IMG/VR virus record: IMGVR_UViG_3300017700_000402
Span: 1-40,011 of that record
DNA length: 40,011 nucleotides
Source of the DNA: a virus
Lineage: Duplodnaviria > Caudoviricetes
Reading direction: 5' to 3' (one strand)
In this document: positions 35,406 through 40,011 of the stretch, one piece after another
How the letters are laid out: the number at the start of each line of letters is the position of its first letter
Position numbering within the stretch: position 1 is the stretch's first letter
Position numbers and translations under genes: made by a program
Notes under the pieces: generated by a model
Database searches by the model: none
What the model was told of the DNA's origin: nothing
Seen by the model: only the letters and a program-made list of their open reading frames with translations

Positions 35406-35719
35406 GCATCAGCCGCCGCATGTTCGCCGGTCGGGTCTTCTGCATCAGCCTTGCGCCGTTCCTGCATATCGCCAACATGGGCTAGGAAAATGTCAGGGCA
35501 GTCATCGTATGCATCCGCCCGATCATACCATGCCGCAGCCATTTCAGCCGTGACGTTGATGAATGTGCCAGCATTGGGGTCGGCGCGGAATACGCTGTCG
35601 GTCTTCTCGGAAAAGCTGCTGACGTTATCCAGAAATTCCTGGCGGCTCTCATAAACGATAGGCTCCTCGCCTACTGAGTTCAGTACGATCAGGACGGAGT
35701 TAAATTCGGTTAGGGTCAT
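35378..35719 (-). CDS. Hypothetical acidic protein, first gene of the leftward arm
   Basis: GAGG SD; no HTH or S24 domain visible. Confidence 0.75.
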   Translation of the reverse strand: MTLTEFNSVLIVLNSVGEEPIVYESRQEFLDNVSSFSEKTDSVFRADPNAGTFINVTAEMAAAWYDRADAYDDCPDIFLAHVGDMQERRKADAEDPTGEHAAADAWHDMRGGI

Positions 35720-35832
35720 TTCCTCGTCTCCCAGGTTGTTCGATGACCTAAGATTGCATACCCTACTTTGTCGCGCAAGGGGGTTGACTAAATATTTCCA
35801 TCAGGTACATTGGACGGCAGAAAGGAGACGGC
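35720..35832. promoter_or_regulatory. Divergent early promoters
   Basis: Rightward TTGACT(35784-35789)-16bp-TACATT; leftward TTGCGC-17bp-AATCTT. Confidence 0.6.
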
Positions 35833-36021
35833 ATGAAATTTGATTTGCAACGTGAAATGCGCCTGTATGGACGGGGTACGGATATCGCCAAAGCTCTTGG
35901 CATAACCCGCGCCGCAGTGAGTGCCATGTACACTGGCAAGAAGCGCCCGACTGATACACTCCTAGCCCTTCTTGGCTGGGAACGGGTCGTAACGGAAACA
36001 TTTAAGAGGGCTAAGAAATGA
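35833..36021 (+). CDS. Cro-like HTH protein
   Basis: TDIAKALGITRAAVSAMYTGKKRP; AAGGAG SD. Confidence 0.85.
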   Translation: MKFDLQREMRLYGRGTDIAKALGITRAAVSAMYTGKKRPTDTLLALLGWERVVTETFKRAKK

Positions 36022-36275
36022 CTGATCAAGACAACGTGGGAAAAACCAAGCTGCGGAGTTATGCGGAAAGGTTAACCCGTCTCCTAGATGAACAGACAGC
36101 CCTTGGGGAGGATATCAAGGCGGTACGGCAGGAAGCGGCCTCAGATGGTTACAACGTAAAGGCACTGAATAAGGCTCTAAAGCTTCTGGCCATGACGGTA
36201 GAGAAGCGAGAGGAGGCCGAACAACTTGAACTGGAAATTGACCTGTATGTCACGACCATTAGCGGGGAGGAATAA
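36018..36275 (+). CDS. gapR: GapR/DUF2312-like DNA-binding protein
   Basis: LRSY.ER..RL..E...L.EDIK.V..EA...GY.VK.L...L.L..M...REE.E.....LY. Confidence 0.8.
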   Translation: MTDQDNVGKTKLRSYAERLTRLLDEQTALGEDIKAVRQEAASDGYNVKALNKALKLLAMTVEKREEAEQLELEIDLYVTTISGEE

Positions 36276-36278
36276 GCA

Positions 36279-36740
36279 ATGAAGGGCGTCCCGAAAGGGC
36301 AAGTTCATCGCTACGATTACCTTCTCCAGCATATGTGGGAACCATGCGTAAAATGGCCTTTTGCCAAGGTTCCGTTTGGGTACGGAGTGCTTCGTCATGA
36401 TGGCCGGAATACAACAGCCCATCGTCTTGTTTGCACAATAGTTCATGGGCCACCGCCTACACCGCTTCACCAAGCCGCTCATAATTGCGGTAAGGGCCAT
36501 GAAGGGTGTTTCTCGGCTCTTTGCGTAGAGTGGAAAACGCGCGCTGAAAACCGAGAGGACGAGCTAATTCATGGGACGCGACCACGCGGAGAGCGTCATG
36601 GCCACGCAAAGCTAAAGCAGGACGAGGTTATCGCTATACGAAGCTCCCCGCTTTCGGACAAAGAGGCTGGCGTACTTTATGGCGTTAGCCGTGCCACAAT
36701 ATCTGACTTAAGAGCCAAAAGGACATGGGCATGGCTATGA
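36279..36740 (+). CDS. HNH homing endonuclease with C-terminal HTH
   Basis: CV.WPF, GYG, AHRLVC..VHG.PP, AAHNCG.G..GC, RGERHGHAKL. Confidence 0.85.
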   Translation: MKGVPKGQVHRYDYLLQHMWEPCVKWPFAKVPFGYGVLRHDGRNTTAHRLVCTIVHGPPPTPLHQAAHNCGKGHEGCFSALCVEWKTRAENREDELIHGTRPRGERHGHAKLKQDEVIAIRSSPLSDKEAGVLYGVSRATISDLRAKRTWAWL

Positions 36741-37093
36741 AAATTATAACGATAGAGAGTGAGCATTTCCCAATCAGCGTCAATTCGTTGTTCGCAAACG
36801 TAGCTGGTAAGGGGAGGGTTCGCTCCAAACGATACCGCGCTTGGGCCTCTGCGGCAGGGTGGGATTTTGTAGGCAAGGGCTCGATAACCGGCCCATTTGA
36901 GGTTGCCATCATCCTAAGCCGAAAGAAGGCTAGGGCAAACTCAGATTTGGATAATTATGCCAAGGCCGTAATCGACATGCTGGTTACGCATAAGATCGTA
37001 GAGGATGACCACCTGCTCCAGCGCCTTACCCTGGAATATGGCGACTGCAAGGGTTTCTTCTGCGAAGTTCGCCCGCACTTCCCGCCTCTGTGA
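36725..37093 (+). CDS. rusA: RusA-like Holliday junction resolvase
   Basis: PISVN, SK.YR.W, DLDNYAKA.IDML...I.EDD. Confidence 0.88.
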   Translation: MGMAMKIITIESEHFPISVNSLFANVAGKGRVRSKRYRAWASAAGWDFVGKGSITGPFEVAIILSRKKARANSDLDNYAKAVIDMLVTHKIVEDDHLLQRLTLEYGDCKGFFCEVRPHFPPL

Positions 37094-37105
37094 AAGGAAC
37101 TTGCC

Positions 37106-37276
37106 ATGAAGAAATATCTATGGGCGCTCGTCATCCTTGGCGTTGTGTTTCCATCCCTTGCAACATGGTCCTATGCGGCAAAGATTATGGGCATTCCGTG
37201 GTGGGTATCTTTCGCCAGCGGCGTCTGGATGATGCTTTCAATCCTGTACTTGGCCGAGCGTCTAGCCAAGAAGTAA
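37106..37276 (+). CDS. Small two-TM membrane protein (56 aa, MKKYLWALVILGVVF...)
   Basis: AAGGA SD; not in the ORF track. Confidence 0.7.
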   Translation: MKKYLWALVILGVVFPSLATWSYAAKIMGIPWWVSFASGVWMMLSILYLAERLAKK

Positions 37277-37291
37277 CCCCTATAGGGCGTA

Positions 37292-37618
37292 TTGCCCGGA
37301 AAGAGAATGATGATGACCAAGTGGACTGCAAAGAAGTTGATTGAGATTTGCGAACAGTCTGTCGTTCCCGTCTCAAAATGGAGCAACCGCGATAGCCCGG
37401 AAGCTCAAAAGCAAATCGGCGAAGCTTGGGTTTATCTCAAGTCGGGCTGCAAATTCCGCATCCGAGACGATATGGGCGGCGGTGAAGGAACAATTTGGGT
37501 TGAAATCACCCACCCGAACTTCGGCACCTTTGATTGGGATGGCGGTGAGGAGGAGGAGACGTTTTATCTTCCAACGCCTGAACGTCTCGCAAGCCGCTCT
37601 GGTGGAGATTGGTACTAA
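37292..37618 (+). CDS. Hypothetical phage protein
   Basis: W.NRDS..AQ.Q.G...C.F; FYLPT..RL....G.DWY motif. Confidence 0.75.
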   Translation: MPGKRMMMTKWTAKKLIEICEQSVVPVSKWSNRDSPEAQKQIGEAWVYLKSGCKFRIRDDMGGGEGTIWVEITHPNFGTFDWDGGEEEETFYLPTPERLASRSGGDWY

Positions 37619-37630
37619 CCACCAAACGGA

Positions 37631-37659
37631 TCAGGCCCCAGTGATGAACCGGGGCCTGA
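37631..37659. terminator. Hairpin between convergent genes
   Basis: TCAGGCCCC-11nt-GGGGCCTGA; weak U-tract. Confidence 0.5.
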
Positions 37660-37693
37660 CACAGGGGAGGAGGGAGAATGAGGCCGAGGAACC

Positions 37694-37894
37694 TCAACAA
37701 GAGTTGTATCGTGTTGGAGTGGTAGAAGCAAGAGGGCTTTGGAATGAAGGCTTGGAGAGGCGTTCGGCCATTATGGCTCTGGATATATTCTCTATGCGAT
37801 CTTCCCTGGTTTGAATGCCGTTCTGTGGGATTTTATCCAATGCAGCCGCTGCCTTTTCCCAAATATCCTGCGGAATATCGCGTGGTTTAGTCAA
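37694..37894 (-). CDS. Hypothetical protein
   Basis: GGAGGGG SD; P.DIPQDIWE.A...ISRAIMAER. Confidence 0.65.
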   Translation of the reverse strand: MTKPRDIPQDIWEKAAAALDKIPQNGIQTREDRIENISRAIMAERLSKPSFQSPLASTTPTRYNSC

Positions 37895-37909
37895 TCATCC
37901 CCTCCATCT

Positions 37910-38116
37910 TTAGGTGTCGTTTTCGATTGCTTTTAGCGCAGCTCGGAAATGGCGGACGCGCATAACCTCGCCAACGGCATATCGGGGAGACATTGCAGCG
38001 TACAGATCGTTATCGTGCTCATCTGCGCCAATGTCCCAAAGCGCCACTTGCGAGAATGGCTGTAGCGCGGCCTCAAGTTCTGCAATCCTAGCTTCTAGTT
38101 TGGCAACGTCGGTCAT
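37910..38116 (-). CDS. Hypothetical phage protein
   Basis: RIAELEAAL.PF motif; GAGG SD. Confidence 0.7.
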   Translation of the reverse strand: MTDVAKLEARIAELEAALQPFSQVALWDIGADEHDNDLYAAMSPRYAVGEVMRVRHFRAALKAIENDT

Positions 38117-38235
38117 TTCTTTTCCTCTTTTTTCTTAGCTCTATATTTCCGCATGTATTCTGTGAAATAGCCGGGGCGGTGGCGGTTTAGGCTGCGGTCC
38201 TTGGGGGGATTTTTGCCCCCCTTAAACTCACTCAC
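38113..38235 (-). CDS. Basic micropeptide B (40 aa, MSEFKGGKNPPKDRSLNRHRPGYFTEYMRKYRAKKKEEKK)
   Basis: GTGA/ATGA coupling; paralog of 1518-1652. Confidence 0.75.
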   Translation of the reverse strand: MSEFKGGKNPPKDRSLNRHRPGYFTEYMRKYRAKKKEEKK

Positions 38236-38315
38236 TTTTCGTGATCCAGAATGAAGCCGACCATTGCAAGCCAAAACGGGGTGGTGATGATGATCAGTTC
38301 AATTGCTGCGGTCAT
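38232..38315 (-). CDS. Single-TM micropeptide (27 aa, MTAAIELIIITTPFWLAMVGFILDHEK)
   Basis: GAGGAG SD; coupled to micropeptide B. Confidence 0.65.
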   Translation of the reverse strand: MTAAIELIIITTPFWLAMVGFILDHEK

Positions 38316-38341
38316 TTTTCTCTCCTCGGCCTAGTGGCCCT

Positions 38342-38485
38342 CTACTTGAGGGCCACACTGAAAACCAGCATCATAACGCTATTCTTGATTGGGCCTTCCA
38401 CGAGGCACTGTGCAGCTACTTCTTTGAATGTCAGGCCGCTCAGTTCGCTGTAGGCTTTGATTGCTTCGTTGATTGCGGTGGTCAT
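38342..38485 (-). CDS. Hypothetical protein (47 aa, MTTAINEAIKAY...)
   Basis: ACGGAGAGA SD; first gene after promoter copy B. Confidence 0.7.
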   Translation of the reverse strand: MTTAINEAIKAYSELSGLTFKEVAAQCLVEGPIKNSVMMLVFSVALK

Positions 38486-38555
38486 TTCGTTCTCTCCGTG
38501 TTTCCTGAGTATGAGTAAACACCATTCTGAGCACGTTGTAAACACCTATTTGCAT
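38486..38555 (-). promoter_or_regulatory. Promoter copy B (homolog of 1251-1317)
   Basis: ATGCAAATAGGTGTTTACA...ATGGTGTTTAC...ACGGAGAGA. Confidence 0.65.
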
Positions 38556-38565
38556 TTATTTTGCA

Positions 38566-38604
38566 GAAAGAGAAACCCCCTCACAGAATGAACTGCAAGG
38601 GGGC
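38566..38604 (-). terminator. Minus-strand rho-independent terminator
   Basis: GCCCCCTTGCAG-ttcatt-CTGTGAGGGGGT then TTCTCTTTC; the G-U pairs form only on the minus strand. Confidence 0.75.
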
Positions 38605-38606
38605 TA

Positions 38607-38635
38607 TTGCCGAGCGGGCTAGGAAGGGGTAGGGT
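38607..38635 (+). promoter_or_regulatory. Promoter of the replication operon
   Basis: TTGCCG-17bp-TAGGGT. Confidence 0.55.
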
Positions 38636-38695
38636 TGAAGTTGAGCAGGCCGATTGTGGTGATCGCCTACTCCCAAAAGCTAAGGACAATAGCTA

Positions 38696-38749
38696 ATGCA
38701 AATGCACAATACCCAAGCCCGTACTCCGTTGCAAGTGGCAACGTCATGA
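38696..38749 (+). CDS. Leader peptide (17 aa, MQMHNTQARTPLQVATS) coupled to rep
   Basis: AAGGA SD at 38682-38686; stop overlaps the rep ATG (ATGA); the rep ATG has no SD of its own. Confidence 0.55.
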   Translation: MQMHNTQARTPLQVATS

Positions 38750-39600
38750 GTGATATGCCGTGGGTTAGGTTTTTCCCCTCAGACTGGTTAGGCGGCACTC
38801 GTTCATTGAGCGCGGCTGAAACCGGAATTTACATCACTCTGGTGGCGACGATGTACGAGCGCAGTGCGCCGATATCGTATGACCATGCCAAGCTTGCGCG
38901 TCTGTGCGGGGCTTCCAATTCCACGTTCAAAGCGGCTCTGGCGTCCCTCATTGAGGACGGCAAAATCATCGAAACGCCAGAGGGGCTTTGGAATGAAAGA
39001 GTGCAAAAAGAGGTCGTCTACCGTCAGGAAAAGTCAGAGGTAGGTTCTCGGGCAGCTAAAGTGAAATGGGATAGAAAGCGCAATGAAATCAATGAAACGA
39101 CTGATGCGCCCGCAATGCCCTCGCTATCCGACCGCAATGCTAACCAGAAGCCAGAGTTAGAACCAGAAGCCAGAAAGAAAGAAGATAGTAAGAAAGAAGT
39201 TATTTTGTCGCCTAAGGCTCCAAAGCCGCAAAATGGCTCACGCCTATCTGCGGAATGGGCTTTGCCTAAAGCGTGGGGGGAATGGGCACTTGAGAACGTT
39301 GCAGGATCGACGGTTGAAACCATCCGTTCCCAAGCCGAGCAATTTCGGGATTACTGGGTAGGCAAGGCAGGGGCAGGAGCCCGTAAGGCCGATTGGGAGG
39401 CAACGTGGCGTAATTGGATGCGGAACGCCAAGATCAGCCCCCGCGCCTCCCCAGCCCAAACGGGACAACCCCGAAACATATTTGAGGCATCCACCCAACT
39501 CTTGAACGAACTGAAAGCAGCAGAAAATGGCACCCGATCCGACCAGATTGATAACCGCCCTGAACCGCCTATTCGCTACCTTGCCGCTTCCGAACGCTAG
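38746..39600 (+). CDS. Replication initiator, DUF1376/YdaU family
   Basis: PWVRFFPSDWL.GT..LS..E.G.YI.L...MY, LARLCG, L.N.R; C-terminal RL..EW.LP..W, FRDYW, K.DW.ATWRNW.R. Confidence 0.85.
   Translation: MSDMPWVRFFPSDWLGGTRSLSAAETGIYITLVATMYERSAPISYDHAKLARLCGASNSTFKAALASLIEDGKIIETPEGLWNERVQKEVVYRQEKSEVGSRAAKVKWDRKRNEINETTDAPAMPSLSDRNANQKPELEPEARKKEDSKKEVILSPKAPKPQNGSRLSAEWALPKAWGEWALENVAGSTVETIRSQAEQFRDYWVGKAGAGARKADWEATWRNWMRNAKISPRASPAQTGQPRNIFEASTQLLNELKAAENGTRSDQIDNRPEPPIRYLAASER
39075..39210. repeat. Iteron-like repeats / candidate origin within rep
   Basis: caatgaaa x2, ccgcaatgc x2 (39110, 39132), aaccagaagccaga x2 (39142, 39161), then a purine/AT-rich tract. Confidence 0.55.
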
Positions 39601-40011
39601 CGCCGATCCGAGGGAAGCCCTGCGGGTCTATTGCGAGGCATGTTCCAACTACTCCGCAGACGATGTTGAACTAGCCGTAAAGCAGTTTATTGAGGGAACG
39701 GTAAAGGGCATCAATGCAGCCTTTGCGCCAACCGCCCCGCAGTTCGTAAGCCAGATGCGGGCGAACCTGGAATACACCGGCAAGATCAGGGCCGGGAAAA
39801 CTGCACTGCTGGAGCAGTTCAAGGAACAGGAGCGCGACGAGGAATGGGCGACTAAGCGAACGCCAGAGGTCAAGGCCCACGTAAAGAGGCTTGTTGAGGC
39901 TTTCGTAAACAATACGGACGATAAGAAGAAGCCAAAGACGGCTGAGCAGATCGCGCTGGATAAGGAAATGCTGCGCAGGCATGACCAACTCTTTGCCGAT
40001 CAGTTCATGGA
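39527..40011 (+). CDS. Protein downstream of rep (possible helicase loader/replication accessory); continues across the junction to 232
   Basis: MAPDPTRLITALNRLF...Y.EA.......V..AV..F..G......FAPT.PQF; position typical of a loader. Confidence 0.7.
   Translation, partial: MAPDPTRLITALNRLFATLPLPNASADPREALRVYCEACSNYSADDVELAVKQFIEGTVKGINAAFAPTAPQFVSQMRANLEYTGKIRAGKTALLEQFKEQERDEEWATKRTPEVKAHVKRLVEAFVNNTDDKKKPKTAEQIALDKEMLRRHDQLFADQFM
39889..40011. repeat. Terminal direct repeat copy 2
   Basis: Identical to 1-123. Confidence 0.95.

Larger units (their letters stand above)
38566..38700 (-). ncRNA. Predicted counter-transcribed antisense RNA (~130 nt) against the rep leader
   Basis: Promoter TTGCAA(38734-38729)-17bp-TATTGT(38711-38706) and terminator 38566-38604, with no convincing gene between them. 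Confidence 0.55.

Noticed and set aside
38635-38745. 37-aa N-terminal extension of Rep from TTG 38635
   Set aside because: The TTG coincides with the predicted -10 box; the family motif begins at MSDMPW (38746)

Overview
The window is an apparently complete, circularly permuted ~39.9 kb (39,888 bp non-redundant) dsDNA phage genome. Positions 1-123 equal 39889-40011, and an ORF reads cleanly across the junction. The virion module is podovirus/P22-like (+ strand, 4062-27049): TerS, PBSX-type TerL, portal, scaffold, major capsid, adaptor, nozzle, GNAT-like assembly factor, four probable ejection proteins (one with a SleB-type hydrolase), tail fibre and a glycosidase-like/CBM32 protein. A lysis cassette follows (GH19 endolysin, holin, spanins). 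The early region has a lambdoid layout: a leftward arm (Gp157-like, Rad52/Sak-like SSAP, NinB, HNH, adenine MTase) and a rightward arm (Cro-like HTH, GapR/DUF2312, HNH, RusA, DUF1376/YdaU replication protein). I found no integrase, CI-type repressor, ParAB, reverse transcriptase, tRNA or CRISPR array. GapR and apparent GANTC depletion point to an alphaproteobacterial host (inference). The most interesting signals lie outside the supplied ORF track: (i) a plasmid-style replication-control cassette (leader peptide coupled to rep, plus a counter-transcribed ~130 nt RNA with its own promoter and terminator); (ii) two paralogous promoter + basic 'NRHRPGYxTEYMR' micropeptide cassettes flanking the replication module; (iii) an antisense, independently promoted 43-aa membrane peptide among the ejection genes, in a sieA-like position; (iv) a three-hairpin leader upstream of the recombination genes. 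All family calls come from motif recognition by eye, not database searches.
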